A stretch of 60,580 nucleotides of DNA, counting the filler. It is 7 parts of 7 records of this genome, joined end to end, with 100 filler letters (N's around TTAATTAATTAA, not from the genome) between each part and the next. Parts side by side here need not be neighbours in the genome. Positions count along the whole stretch, not along the records: positions 22,685 to 33,954 come from SRR31156797_62838; 6 more parts are not named here. The stretch is one strand, 5' to 3'. Numbering within the stretch: the first letter of the stretch is position 1; the number at the start of each line of letters is the position of its first letter. The notes beneath the pieces were generated by a model that saw only the letters and a list, made by a program, of their open reading frames with translations, was not told the origin of the DNA and did not search any database. This document shows, piece by piece, positions 22,725 through 33,212 of this stretch. Position numbers and translations under genes: made by a program.

Positions 22725-23216
22725 ATGAAGTTCGATGATGCGGTTCTGGGATTGGTCGTCGCCGTTTTCGGCGCCGCGATCTTTCTCCTGGCCTCGGAAT
22801 TCGAAGCTTTAAGGCACATCAACTATGGGCCGGGGTTTTTCCCGAAGATTATCGGCGCGGGTCTTTTTTTCTGCGGCTTGGCCCTGGTCGGCCGCCGCGT
22901 CTTTACGAACGGCCTGCGGGGGCCATGGATGGTCCTTGGCGAATGGAGCCGCTCGCCTCGTCACGTCGTCGGTTTTGTCCTCATTCCGGGTTCGGTGGTG
23001 GTCTACATTCTGATTTCCGACGCGGTCGGTTTTTTCCTGTCGATGGCGGTGCTTCTCAGCATCCAGATTGCCTGGTTCACGTGGCGTCCCTGGCGTAGCG
23101 TCGGCATCGCCCTGGTCGTTACCGTGTTCCTGCAGGAGTTTTTCCAGGGGTTCATGTCTGTGCCGCTGCCGTGGGGCGTCCTCGAACCGTTTGCCGGGGC
23201 GCTGACATGGATGTGA
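22725..23216 (+). CDS. tctB: Tripartite tricarboxylate transporter small permease TctB
   Basis: Four TM segments, GPGFFP, C-terminal VPLPWG; precedes tctA. Confidence 0.85.
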   Translation: MKFDDAVLGLVVAVFGAAIFLLASEFEALRHINYGPGFFPKIIGAGLFFCGLALVGRRVFTNGLRGPWMVLGEWSRSPRHVVGFVLIPGSVVVYILISDAVGFFLSMAVLLSIQIAWFTWRPWRSVGIALVVTVFLQEFFQGFMSVPLPWGVLEPFAGALTWM

Positions 23217-24733
23217 TTCTCGACGCCGCCCTGCTGTTGGCGGATCGGACCGTTATCGTAACCATGCTTCTGACCGCGATCTTCGGTCTCGCGGTCGGGT
23301 CGATCCCGGGTCTGACGGCGTCGATGGCCGTCGCCCTTTTGATCCCGCTTACCTTTTTCATGGACCCGGTTCCGGCATTGGCGGGGATCGTCAGCGTGTC
23401 GGCGATGGCGATTTTCGCCGGCGACCTGCCGGGGGCCTTGCTTCGAATTCCCGGAACGCCGGCGTCGGCCGCCTATGCCGACGAAGCCTTCGCGATGACC
23501 CGGAAAGGCCAGGCCGAGCTTGCCCTCGGCATGGGGCTGATCTGTTCGGCGATCGGCGGGCTGTTCGGGGCCACCGTTCTGATTCTGGGGGCGCCGGCAT
23601 TGGCCGAAATAGCCCTGCAGTTCAGCACCTATGAATATTTCTGGCTGGCCTGTTTGGGGCTGACCGCCGCCGTCGTCGTCGTTCGCGCCGATATATTCAA
23701 GGGCATGATCGCGCTGCTGTTCGGTTTGATGCTGGCGACCATCGGCCTGGACCCGGTTTCCGGCCTACTGCGCTTTACCTTCGGTATTCAGCCGCTTGTC
23801 GGCGGCTTGGGGTTCATCCCGGTTTTGATCGGGCTTTTTGCCGTATCGGAAATCCTGCGGGTGGTGACGCGGACGGACCCGCTGATCCCGGTGGACGCGA
23901 AACCGTTCGGCAACGTATTTGCGGGCATCGGGCGGGAGCTTTGGCGGCTGAAGTACGGCATCGCGCGGAGCTGCGGCATGGGTACGGTGATCGGCGCCAT
24001 TCCCGGGGCCGGCGCCGATATCGCCGCCTACGTTTCCTATGCGGTGGCCAAGAAGTTTTCGAAAACACCGGAAAAGTTCGGCACCGGCATTATCGATGGA
24101 ATCGCGCCGGCGACGGCGGCGAACAATTCCTCGATCGGCGGCGCCTTCGTGCCGGCGACGGTTTTCGGTGTGCCGGGGGATTCGCTGACCGCCATCGTCA
24201 TCGGCGTTCTGTACATGAAGGGTTTGACGCCCGGCCCGACCGTTTTTCTGCATGAGCCCGAACTGATATATGCCGTGTTCCTGTCGTTTTTCGTCGCCAA
24301 CATATTCATGGTCCCGTTCGGGTTTGTCGCGATCAAGATCTTCAAGAAGGTTCTGCTGGTTCCGCAAACCATCCTGATGCCGGTAATCCTGGCCTTTTGC
24401 ATCGTCGGTTCCTTTGCCGTCGAAAACGCGATCTTCGCCGTCACCGTGATGCTGGCGCTTGGCATGATCGGCTATGTCATGGAGGAAAACGGGTTTCCGT
24501 TGGCGCCCGCCATCCTCGGTTTGGTGCTGGGCCCGATGCTGGAGGAAAAGTTCCTGTCGTCGATGCTCAAATCGAAGGGCGACCTGATGGCCTTTTTCGA
24601 AAGGCCGGTTGCCGGGACCCTGGGCGTGGTGACGATTGCGATCTGGCTGTCGCCGATCGCGTTCTGGGTTCTGCGAAAGATGATGTCCGGTCGCCGACAA
24701 CCCGTAATCCAAGACAATGGCGAGGCCGACTAG
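23207..24733 (+). CDS. tctA: Tripartite tricarboxylate transporter large permease TctA
   Basis: GSIPGLTASMA, LLRIPGTPASA, GAIPGAGA, GVPGD, PGP, GLVLGPMLE. Confidence 0.93.
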   Translation: MDVILDAALLLADRTVIVTMLLTAIFGLAVGSIPGLTASMAVALLIPLTFFMDPVPALAGIVSVSAMAIFAGDLPGALLRIPGTPASAAYADEAFAMTRKGQAELALGMGLICSAIGGLFGATVLILGAPALAEIALQFSTYEYFWLACLGLTAAVVVVRADIFKGMIALLFGLMLATIGLDPVSGLLRFTFGIQPLVGGLGFIPVLIGLFAVSEILRVVTRTDPLIPVDAKPFGNVFAGIGRELWRLKYGIARSCGMGTVIGAIPGAGADIAAYVSYAVAKKFSKTPEKFGTGIIDGIAPATAANNSSIGGAFVPATVFGVPGDSLTAIVIGVLYMKGLTPGPTVFLHEPELIYAVFLSFFVANIFMVPFGFVAIKIFKKVLLVPQTILMPVILAFCIVGSFAVENAIFAVTVMLALGMIGYVMEENGFPLAPAILGLVLGPMLEEKFLSSMLKSKGDLMAFFERPVAGTLGVVTIAIWLSPIAFWVLRKMMSGRRQPVIQDNGEAD

Positions 24734-24762
24734 ATGGCTTTCGGACTCATGGAGACATCGGC

Positions 24763-25743
24763 ATGAAGGTAATTCTCTACGGCGCCCCGGTGGTGCCATT
24801 TGCCGGCGAATTGCCGCCCCGGCTCAAGACCGACTGGGAAATCGTCGCAGTCGACGACGCGACGCCGGAAGCGCAGGCGAACGCGGCGTTTGCTTCCGCC
24901 GATGCCGTCATCGCGGTCGACTATGACACCAACGTCCCGCCGGCGCCGAACGTGAAAATGGTTCATGTTCCCGGTGCCGGTTGCGACGGGATCGATACCG
25001 GCGCCCTGCCTGCCGGGGCATCGTTGTGCAACGTCCATCGGCATGAGGAAGGGGTGGCCGAGTTCGTTGTTCTGGCCATGTTGCAGTGGTGCCATCGTTT
25101 CATGGAAGCCTGTCAATCGTTCCGGAACGGCAGTTGGGAACGAAGCAGCCGTTTTGGCGCCCTGCCCGACGAGGAATTGTACGGCAAGACGGTCGGCATC
25201 GTCGGCCTCGGCCGCATCGGGCGGACCGTTGCCAAGCGGGCCAAGGCCTTCGGCACGCGGGTTCTGGCGGCCGAGTATTTCGATATCGAGAAACCGGAAT
25301 ATGTCGATGAGGTCCATGGGCTGGGAAGTGTTGCGGCGATCGCGGCACGGAGCGATTTTCTGGTTGTGTGCAGCGCCTTGACCGATGAAACGAGGGGCCT
25401 CATAGACGAAGCCGTTTTCGACGCGATGGCGCCGACGGCGGTGCTGGTCAATGTCGGGCGGGGACCGTTGGTCGACGAGGACGCCCTGTACAAGGCGGTG
25501 ACGACGAAAAAGATCGCCGGTGCGGTGATCGATGTCTGGTATCGGTATCCCGATACGCTGAACGCCGATGTCCGTCCGTCGAAATACGACTTCGCGGCTC
25601 TTGCGAACGTTTACATGACCCCGCATATCGCCGGATGGACCAAGGGTACCGTCAACCGTCGTTGGGATTTCATGGCCGAGAACCTTGATTGCCTGGCGCG
25701 CGGTCAGGATCTGAAAAACGTCGTTTTCGCAAAAACACCCTGA
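24763..25743 (+). CDS. D-isomer-specific 2-hydroxyacid dehydrogenase
   Basis: GIVGLGRIG, VNVGRGPLVDE, DVW, MTPHIAG; GGAG RBS before MKVILY. Confidence 0.9.
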   Translation: MKVILYGAPVVPFAGELPPRLKTDWEIVAVDDATPEAQANAAFASADAVIAVDYDTNVPPAPNVKMVHVPGAGCDGIDTGALPAGASLCNVHRHEEGVAEFVVLAMLQWCHRFMEACQSFRNGSWERSSRFGALPDEELYGKTVGIVGLGRIGRTVAKRAKAFGTRVLAAEYFDIEKPEYVDEVHGLGSVAAIAARSDFLVVCSALTDETRGLIDEAVFDAMAPTAVLVNVGRGPLVDEDALYKAVTTKKIAGAVIDVWYRYPDTLNADVRPSKYDFAALANVYMTPHIAGWTKGTVNRRWDFMAENLDCLARGQDLKNVVFAKTP

Positions 25744-25881
25744 CCGATCCGCATGTGTTTCCCCCGGATCCTTGTTGGCGAAAGTGTAGAGGTTCATACC
25801 GCGCGTTTTGCGCCCAACTTTCCCACCCGCCACGATGATGGCGGCCGGGAACCGAGCAGACCGAAAATGCAGGAGACGTGA

Positions 25882-26577
25882 ATGCCCAAGGAGTATACGA
25901 ACGACCAGGAACTCTTCGCCCTGATGAAGCGGGAACTGTTTACCGCCGTCGTCGGCGACGTCATGGACAAATTGGGTTTCCTGCACCAGTTCCTGCCGCC
26001 CGAAATCCAACCCCTTCGCGAAGACATGGTCCTGACCGGCCGTGCCATGCCGGTGCTGGAAGCCGACGTCTTTTTCGAAGGATCGGACGCGGCGCCGGGG
26101 CCGCTTTCCAACAAGCCCTTCGGGTTGCTGCTGGAAGCGTTGGACGATCTGAAACCGGGCGAGGTCTATGTCGCCACCGGCGCTTCGCCGACCTACGCCC
26201 TGTGGGGTGAACTGATGGCGACCCGGGCCAAGGTCCTGGGTTCCAACGGTGCCCTGGTCAATGGGTTCGCGCGCGACATTCCGGGCATCCTGGAATTGGG
26301 TTTTCCGACATTTGCCACCGGCCGGTACGCCCAGGACCAGGGACCGCGCGGCAAGGTCATCGATTACCGGGTGCCGGTCGAGATCGCCGGCATCCGCGTC
26401 GAACCGGGGGCGTTGCTGTTTGGCGACCTGGAAGGCGTTCTGGTCGTCCCGAAAGAGGCCGAAGTGGAAGTAATTTCCCTTGCATTGGAAAAGGCGAGAG
26501 GCGAAAAGCTGGTTGCCAAGGCGATCGGCGACGGCATGAGCGCCGTCGAGGCCTTCCGCAGATTTGGAATCATGTAG
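25882..26577 (+). CDS. RraA-like / HMG-CHA aldolase family protein
   Basis: TAVVGDVMD, WGELMA, NGFARD, VEPGALLFGDLEGVLVVP. Confidence 0.85.
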   Translation: MPKEYTNDQELFALMKRELFTAVVGDVMDKLGFLHQFLPPEIQPLREDMVLTGRAMPVLEADVFFEGSDAAPGPLSNKPFGLLLEALDDLKPGEVYVATGASPTYALWGELMATRAKVLGSNGALVNGFARDIPGILELGFPTFATGRYAQDQGPRGKVIDYRVPVEIAGIRVEPGALLFGDLEGVLVVPKEAEVEVISLALEKARGEKLVAKAIGDGMSAVEAFRRFGIM

Positions 26578-26594
26578 GCAAGGGTGAGCCACTA

Positions 26595-27827
26595 ATGCCG
26601 GAGATGACGGGCGCGATGCCGAACGGTTTCGGCGAGGAAGGTTTGTCTCTAGCGGAATGGCTTTTCGATCGGGCCCTGCCGTTCTGGGCGGAAATCGGGT
26701 TCGATACACGCCACGGCGGCCTTTTCGACCGTGTCGATGCCGACGGACAGCCCTATGCCGAGGATAACAAATCGGCCCTGACCCATGGCCGGCAGCTTTA
26801 CGCATATACCCATCTGTATCTGATGCGGCCGGATGCGCGGGCCAAGCAGGCGGCGGATCGGGCTTTCGATTTCCTGACCCGGTATTTGTGGGACGGCGTC
26901 GACGGCGGTTTCCGCCGTTCGGTCGGGCCCGACGGCGACCCGGCGGTGCCCGGGGCGAATGCGCGCAAGGATGCCTACGACCATGCGTTTGCGTTTTTCG
27001 GGATGTCGGTCTATTCCCGCATATCGGACAATACCGAGATCGGAGACTGGATCGGGCGCACCGTCGACTATCTGGATACACGGTTGCGCGACACGGTTCA
27101 CGGCGGTGTCCACAACAACGAACTGGGCCTGGACCCAAGCGCGCCCTATCCGCTGCCACGCAGCCAGAACCCCCACATGCATCTGTTGGAAGCGCTGCTG
27201 ACGCACTACGAGACGACCGGCGACGATGCCTGGCTGGAACGTGCCGCCGAGATCATCGACCTGTTCAAGACGCGTTTTTTCGACGCCTCATCGGGCAGCC
27301 TGCGCGAATTCCTGGATCGCGACCTGTCGGAAGCGCCGGCGCCACAGGGCCGCATCCGCGAACCGGGCCATCAGTTCGAATGGTATTGGCTTTTACAGCG
27401 CTATATCGGGCTTTCCGGCGATCGGTCGGTCCGGCCGTTTGCCAATGCGCTTTATTCCTTCGGCCTGACCTACGGCGTCGACCGGCAGGGACCGTTGGCA
27501 GGCGCCGCGTTCGGCGAACTGTCGCCGCAGGGCGAGGTGCTGGGGGCATCGAAACTGCTTTGGCCGCAGACCGAGGCGGTAAAGGCCCACATCGCCTGGG
27601 CAGCGGGTAACGGCGACAGGGATGCGATTGACAAGGCGCGAACGGTGATGGAGGTCATTTTCCGCCACTTCATCCGGCCCGGCACCGGTTACTGGAAAAA
27701 CCACGTTTCCCGCGACGGCGAAACGGTGATCGAAGAGGATGCACTGTCGCGCCTGTTCTATCACCTGATCATGGCGATGACGGAAGTCATGTCGTTCCCG
27801 GGATTCGAGGAAATCGATTCGTTTTAG
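26595..27827 (+). CDS. AGE-family epimerase/isomerase
   Basis: GRQLY, AYDHAF, QNPHMHLLEA, EPGHQFEW, LWPQTE, YHL. Confidence 0.9.
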   Translation: MPEMTGAMPNGFGEEGLSLAEWLFDRALPFWAEIGFDTRHGGLFDRVDADGQPYAEDNKSALTHGRQLYAYTHLYLMRPDARAKQAADRAFDFLTRYLWDGVDGGFRRSVGPDGDPAVPGANARKDAYDHAFAFFGMSVYSRISDNTEIGDWIGRTVDYLDTRLRDTVHGGVHNNELGLDPSAPYPLPRSQNPHMHLLEALLTHYETTGDDAWLERAAEIIDLFKTRFFDASSGSLREFLDRDLSEAPAPQGRIREPGHQFEWYWLLQRYIGLSGDRSVRPFANALYSFGLTYGVDRQGPLAGAAFGELSPQGEVLGASKLLWPQTEAVKAHIAWAAGNGDRDAIDKARTVMEVIFRHFIRPGTGYWKNHVSRDGETVIEEDALSRLFYHLIMAMTEVMSFPGFEEIDSF

Positions 27828-28840
27828 CTGGCCGGCGGCGGGCAGGTCGACTGCCGTTCGATCAGATCGGCCGTCCACAGTTCCTGAAATTCCGAAGCGA
27901 CCGCACCCTCGGCGACGGCCAGGGCGATTTCCGCCAGGCGCCTGCCCAGGCGCTCGGTCGGTTGCGCCATGGTCGTCAGGGCGGGGATCGTCAGGCCTGC
28001 CGTCGGCAGGTCGTCGAACCCCATGACCGCGATATCGACGCCGACCCGGATGCCGGCGTTGGTCAGCGCCCGCATGCACCCCATGGCCTGAATGTCGGTT
28101 GCGCAAAGAACGGCCGTTGGAACGGGGCCGCGCCCGGTCAATAGGCCGGCTCCGTCGTAGCCGCCCTGTTCCGAATGTTCGATTTCCAGGATCAGCGTTT
28201 CGTCGATGTCGATTCCGCGATCGGCGAGCGCCGCCAGATAGCCTTGGCGGCGGTGCCGGGAGAAGCTGTATTGCATCGGCGTGCCGACGTAGCCGATGCG
28301 GCGATGGCCGAGGTCGATCAGGAACGAGCAGGCCCGCCGGAAAGCATCTTCGCCGTCGACATCGACGAAGGCATAGCCGTCGACGCCTTCGGTTCGGCCG
28401 TGGCTGACGAACGGAAATTCCCGATCGAGCAGGTATTCAATGCGCGGGTCCCGGTGCCGGGTTCTGACGACGATGGCGGCGTCGGCACGGCGCGCTTCGA
28501 CCATCCGGCGCAACGCCTCCATTTCGCCTTCGCCCGGTGCCGCCGCAGTGACGATCAGATCGATTCCGTGGGCGGCCAGTCCCCGCCCGGCGGCGCCCAT
28601 CAGTTGCAGCAGAAACGGATCGGCGAAATCTCCGGGGCCGGTCGGCAGGACCATGCAGACCGCATACATCCGTCCCATCCGCAAGCGCTGGGCCAACGGA
28701 TTGGGCCGGTAGCCCAGTTTGTCGGCCGCCGCCTGAACGCGTTTCCGGGTGGCGGCGCTGACGTCGCTGTAACCGGCCAAGGCCCGGGATACGGTCGTTT
28801 TCGAAAGACCGAGGTGATCGGAAAGCCGTTTTAGGGTCAT
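27824..28840 (-). CDS. LacI-family transcriptional regulator
   Basis: TLKRLSDHLGLSKTTVSRAL HTH, GYRPN, GFDD, LTTMAQP. Confidence 0.93.
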   Translation of the reverse strand: MTLKRLSDHLGLSKTTVSRALAGYSDVSAATRKRVQAAADKLGYRPNPLAQRLRMGRMYAVCMVLPTGPGDFADPFLLQLMGAAGRGLAAHGIDLIVTAAAPGEGEMEALRRMVEARRADAAIVVRTRHRDPRIEYLLDREFPFVSHGRTEGVDGYAFVDVDGEDAFRRACSFLIDLGHRRIGYVGTPMQYSFSRHRRQGYLAALADRGIDIDETLILEIEHSEQGGYDGAGLLTGRGPVPTAVLCATDIQAMGCMRALTNAGIRVGVDIAVMGFDDLPTAGLTIPALTTMAQPTERLGRRLAEIALAVAEGAVASEFQELWTADLIERQSTCPPPAS

Positions 28841-28962
28841 CTCGGGGGCAAACCGCTGGCTATGAACCGTTGGTATAGACTACGGGGGTGGTGCTCAACG
28901 CGCAATGGGCGTGGAGCACCTTGCCGTGCCGCCGGTTTTGCCCGGTGCCCGGGGTCTGGACC

Positions 28963-29427
28963 CTAGAGGCGATCGACTCCGGGGTCGGTGTGGGCGTCGA
29001 TCTGCCGGAACCCGGTCTGGCCCGACAGGCCGGACAGGATCGCCGACCGCACCTTGTCGGCGGCTTGGCGATCGGCGTAGGGCTCCAGGGCCTGGCTCCA
29101 GACGACGCCGGGCCAGGCCGGATCGTCGGTCTGGCGGACGACGACATGGACGTGAAGCTGCGGCGCCTTGTTGCCGATGTCGGCGACGTTCAGTCCGAAG
29201 GCGCCGAAGGTATCGCGCATGACGGTCGACATGGCGGCGAGTTCCTCGATGAAGACGGCACGGTCGGCCGGGCCGAGGTCGACGATTTCACGCAGGTCGT
29301 CGCGCCTGGGAACCATCAAAACCCAGGGGTAGCGATGTTCGTTGATCAGCAGTATGCGGCACAGCGGAAGGTCGCCGATCGGATAGGTGGCGGTGACCAG
29401 ACGCGGATTTAGAACAAATGTTGTCAA
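28963..29427 (-). CDS. HIT-family protein
   Basis: YPWVLMVPRR, GNKAPQLHVHVVVR..DPAWPGVVW. Confidence 0.85.
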   Translation of the reverse strand: MTTFVLNPRLVTATYPIGDLPLCRILLINEHRYPWVLMVPRRDDLREIVDLGPADRAVFIEELAAMSTVMRDTFGAFGLNVADIGNKAPQLHVHVVVRQTDDPAWPGVVWSQALEPYADRQAADKVRSAILSGLSGQTGFRQIDAHTDPGVDRL

Positions 29428-29450
29428 TTTCTTTCCTCACCGATAATGGG

Positions 29451-30959
29451 TTAACCGACTGAAATCCGCCTCTTGGCGCGCCAGCTTCGCCAGAACTGGA
29501 ACAGCGGCCAGGCGAGGACCAAGCAGGTCAGTCCGACGATGATCAGCGAGATCGTGTTCTGGAACAGCGCCGTCCAGTCTCCCTGGCTGATCAGAAGCGT
29601 GATTCGCAGCTGCTGCTCGGCCAGGTCGCCGAGAATCAATCCCAGGATGACCGGTGCCAGCGGATAGCCGCAGCGGGTCATGACATAACCGACCAAACCG
29701 AAAGCGATCATGATCCAGACGCCGGAGATCGAGTTTTCCAGCGTATAGACACCGACCACGGCCAGACAGAAGATCATCGGCGCCAGCAGAACGCGAGGCA
29801 CCCGCAGAACCTGGGCGAAAATCCGGAAGGCGATCTCGCCGCCAAAGCAGAAAACCAGGATCGACGTCAGGAACATCTGAATCATGAAGCCGTAGACGAC
29901 GTCCGGGTTCTCTCGGAAAAGCTGGGGGCCCGGCTGCAGGCCGTGAACCAGAAGCCCGGCCAGGATGACGGCGGCGACGCCGCTTCCCGGGACGCCGAGG
30001 GTGAGGGCCGGAATCATCGCCGCCGCGTTGTCGGCGTTGTTGCCGCATTCGGCCGCGGCGACGCCCTTCGGATTGCCCTTGCCGTAGCTGTCGGGGTCCT
30101 TATCGACGCGGCGGGTTTCGTTATACGAAATGAAAGCGGCCATCGAACCGCCGGTGCCGGGAAGAATGCCGACAAAAATTCCGATGACGCCGGCACGCAG
30201 CCAGACCGGAATGAAATCGCGAATGTAGTGGCGCATTTCGTCGCCGGCGCGCAGCTTCAGATCGGCCGCCCGGACGCCGACCTTGGCCGCCTCTTCGGCC
30301 ATGCGCATGGCCGGCGGCAAGGCGTAAAGACCGGTCAGGACGACGATCAGGTCGAGCCCGTCGAGCAGATGCTTCGATCCGAAGGTCAGCCGTTCGTGGC
30401 CGGTTACGGAATCGAGGCCGACCATGCTGAACAAAAGGCCGATGCAGGCGGCGGCGAGTCCTTTTACCGGGTCGCGGCCGAGCAGCACCGCAATCGACGA
30501 CAGGCCGAACACCGCGACCCAGAAATATTCGGCCGGGCCGAACAACAGGGTGACGCGGACCAGCGGCGGCGCGAAGGCCATCAGCGCGACGGCGCTGATC
30601 ATGCCGCCGACGGCGGACGACCAGCAGGCGATTTTCAGCGCAAAGGCGGCGCGGCCCTGTTCGGCCAACGGCGGACCGTCGAACGTGGTGACGATCGATG
30701 GCGGTGTGCCGGGAATTCCCAACAGGATGGCGGGGATGGCGCCGCCGTACATGGCACCGTTATAGATGCCGGCCATCATGCCCAGCGCCACCAGCGGATC
30801 CATCGTGAAGGTCAGGGGAATCAGAATGGCGATGCCCATGGTCGCGGTCAGGCCGGGCAGGGACCCGATCACCATGCCGGCGATGGTGCCGGTAACGATG
30901 GCTACCAGATTGGTCCAATGAAGAACGATGGGAAGGGCGTGAAGAAGCGGTTCGAACAT
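29451..30959 (-). CDS. tctA: TTT large permease TctA
   Basis: GSLPGLTATMG, YGGAIPAILLGIPGTP, AECGNNA, LGVPGS, GLQPGP. Confidence 0.93.
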   Translation of the reverse strand: MFEPLLHALPIVLHWTNLVAIVTGTIAGMVIGSLPGLTATMGIAILIPLTFTMDPLVALGMMAGIYNGAMYGGAIPAILLGIPGTPPSIVTTFDGPPLAEQGRAAFALKIACWSSAVGGMISAVALMAFAPPLVRVTLLFGPAEYFWVAVFGLSSIAVLLGRDPVKGLAAACIGLLFSMVGLDSVTGHERLTFGSKHLLDGLDLIVVLTGLYALPPAMRMAEEAAKVGVRAADLKLRAGDEMRHYIRDFIPVWLRAGVIGIFVGILPGTGGSMAAFISYNETRRVDKDPDSYGKGNPKGVAAAECGNNADNAAAMIPALTLGVPGSGVAAVILAGLLVHGLQPGPQLFRENPDVVYGFMIQMFLTSILVFCFGGEIAFRIFAQVLRVPRVLLAPMIFCLAVVGVYTLENSISGVWIMIAFGLVGYVMTRCGYPLAPVILGLILGDLAEQQLRITLLISQGDWTALFQNTISLIIVGLTCLVLAWPLFQFWRSWRAKRRISVG

Positions 30960-30966
30960 GGTCGTC

Positions 30967-31497
30967 TTATCGTTCCGTAACTGTCATGGCGACGCTTGTT
31001 GGCACCGTGTCGCCGGCCCTGCGAAGCCAGAACTCCTTGGGCAGCGGGCGGTCGAACAGGGCGACGAACATGCTGAATACAAACAGCAGAAACAGGAAAT
31101 AGGTGATCCCGACCATGATCGGCTTGCGGTATCCCAGAACCGTTGCCAGCAGGACCATGAAGATGGCGCTGGCTGTGAAAAAACCCAGGAAATCGAGCAC
31201 GGCGACATAGCCGCCGAAGACGACCACCGTCATCGCGAAACGCGGGACGTGGCGGAAGAACGACCACTTTTGCGCCTCTTCGTCCTGCAGGCCGGCGGAA
31301 GCCGGGAAATACACGGCCCGCACACCGATTGCCACGGCCAGGACGGCCAGCACGGCCACCAGGGTCAAGGGAAAGGCCTTGGCGTTGGTCGGTACCGGCG
31401 ACAGGTTGACGTAAGCGAGGAAGCAGGCGGCAAGGATGCCGCCTGCAACCACGATTTCCAAAAAACGGCGTTTTCCGCCCGGGACCGGCACGGTCAT
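30967..31497 (-). CDS. tctB: TTT small permease TctB
   Basis: Four TM segments, FP motif, C-terminal RPLP; between tctC and tctA. Confidence 0.82.
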   Translation of the reverse strand: MTVPVPGGKRRFLEIVVAGGILAACFLAYVNLSPVPTNAKAFPLTLVAVLAVLAVAIGVRAVYFPASAGLQDEEAQKWSFFRHVPRFAMTVVVFGGYVAVLDFLGFFTASAIFMVLLATVLGYRKPIMVGITYFLFLLFVFSMFVALFDRPLPKEFWLRRAGDTVPTSVAMTVTER

Positions 31498-31528
31498 GGT
31501 GCCGATCTTTGTTTTGATCCGTCAGTCA

Positions 31529-32479
31529 TTATTTCCACGGATCCTTTTTCCAGGCTTCGGCCAACGCCTTGTCGGTGTTTTCCAGGAAGGCGGCATAGGC
31601 ATCGGCGGCCAGATAATTGAGCGGAACGTCGGCGGCCTTCGCCTTGGCGACGTATTCCGGATCCGCCATCGCCTGTTTGATCGCGGCGCTGATCTTGCCG
31701 ACGATGTCGGCCGGCATGTTGGCTGGACCGGCGATGCCGCGCGACGAACCGGTGACGACGTCAACGCCCTGTTCCTTGAAGGTGGCGAGGTTCGGGGCCA
31801 TGTCGCTGCGGCCGTCGGACATGACGCCGAGAATGCGGATCTGGCCTTCTTCCATGAACTGGACGGCTTCGCCCAGATTGAAGGCGGCGACGGGGATATG
31901 ACCGCCGAGAAGGGCCGTACGCAACGGTGCCGTGCTGCCGAAAGGAACATGATTGAAGCTGGCGCCGGTCAGGGCTTCGACGGTTTTGATGGCGAGATGC
32001 TCGCTCGATCCGACCGAGCCGCTGGTGCCGATCGGCAGGGCCTTCGGGTTCGCCTTGCCGTAGTCGACGAGGTCCTTCACCGATTTGTACTGGCTGTCGG
32101 ACCGGACCGCGAAGATGCCGGGATCACTGACCAGATTGGCGATCGGCGTGAAGCTGGCGCGGCTGTATTCGGTTTTGCGTTCGTAGGAATAGGCGAACAT
32201 CGCGGGGATATTGATGAAACCGATGGTGTATCCGTCGGGTTTCGATTGGGCCAGCGCGGTGAAGCCGATCTCGCCGCCGGCGCCGGGTTTGTTCAGGATC
32301 GTAATATTGGCCTTCAGGTATTTCTCGATGAACGGTTCGATCGTGCGGGCGGCCACGTCGGTGCCGCCGCCGGGCGAAAAGGCGACGATCATATCGATCG
32401 GCCGGTCCGGGTATTCGGCCAGGGCGGTGCCGGCGACAAACAAGCTTACGGCCCCGAGCGCAAGAACGGTTCTTTTCAT
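31529..32479 (-). CDS. tctC: TTT substrate-binding protein TctC (Bug family)
   Basis: YPDRPIDMIVAFSPGGGTDVAAR, NKPGAGG, PDGYT. Confidence 0.93.
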   Translation of the reverse strand: MKRTVLALGAVSLFVAGTALAEYPDRPIDMIVAFSPGGGTDVAARTIEPFIEKYLKANITILNKPGAGGEIGFTALAQSKPDGYTIGFINIPAMFAYSYERKTEYSRASFTPIANLVSDPGIFAVRSDSQYKSVKDLVDYGKANPKALPIGTSGSVGSSEHLAIKTVEALTGASFNHVPFGSTAPLRTALLGGHIPVAAFNLGEAVQFMEEGQIRILGVMSDGRSDMAPNLATFKEQGVDVVTGSSRGIAGPANMPADIVGKISAAIKQAMADPEYVAKAKAADVPLNYLAADAYAAFLENTDKALAEAWKKDPWK

Positions 32480-32750
32480 GATGATCCCCCTATGAGTGAC
32501 GAGTCGATAGCGGTTCCCGGGGCGAAAAAACGGTGTCCCGCGGGAACAGGTCTCTGGAACGCTGCGACAGTCATGATACTCACAGATAGAACAAATGCCA
32601 CCGCGAATTAGGCGCGATCGGGCAGCCTATACGAAATAAAATTCTATGATTTCAATCATTATTAGAGAATGTTTCTATTTCTATTCGAGGAAGGAGATGG
32701 CGTATTGCGCATTTTGTGAGCGAGAAGAACGCCGACAATTGCCGGCGGAC

Positions 32751-33212
32751 CTATTTCACATAGGTGACCGGCAGTTCGCTGGTCCATTTGATGGTCTCCA
32801 TGGCGAACATGGACGTGACGTCGGCGAGATCGATCCGTTCGATCAGGCGCCGGTAGACGTCGTCGTAGGCGGCGATGTCCGGGACGACGGCCCGCAACAT
32901 ATAGTCGATTTGCCCGCTCAGGCGATGGAACTCGACGATTTCCGGTATCTCGTCGACGGCGGTCTGGAACCTTTCCAGCCATTCGGCCGAATGCTCGTTG
33001 GTTCTGATTGCGATGAAAACCGTCACCCCGACGTTCATTTTTTCGGCGTCGAGCAGGGCAACGCGTTTCCTGATGACACCCTTGGTTTCCAGTTTTTGAA
33101 TGCGGCGCCAGCAAGGCGTCGGCGAGAGGCCGATGGTTTCGGCCAGCTCGGCCAACGAGATGGTTGCGTCCCTCTGGATGGAAAAGAGAATTTTTCGATC
33201 TATTTCGTCCAT
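32751..33212 (-). CDS. Lrp/AsnC regulator (DecR/YbaO-like)
   Basis: MDEIDRKIL, GLSPTPCWRRIQKLE, FHRLSGQIDY, SMFAMETIK. Confidence 0.92.
   Translation of the reverse strand: MDEIDRKILFSIQRDATISLAELAETIGLSPTPCWRRIQKLETKGVIRKRVALLDAEKMNVGVTVFIAIRTNEHSAEWLERFQTAVDEIPEIVEFHRLSGQIDYMLRAVVPDIAAYDDVYRRLIERIDLADVTSMFAMETIKWTSELPVTYVK

Noticed and set aside
24397..24762. N-terminal extension of the 2-hydroxyacid dehydrogenase
   Set aside because: Overlaps tctA out of frame; RBS and ATG at 24763 fit better
24730..27159. 809-aa minus-strand ORF and many other long antisense ORFs (e.g. 12203-13693, 16046-17227, 34101-35516)
   Set aside because: Shadow frames of real genes in GC-rich DNA, with no recognisable motifs
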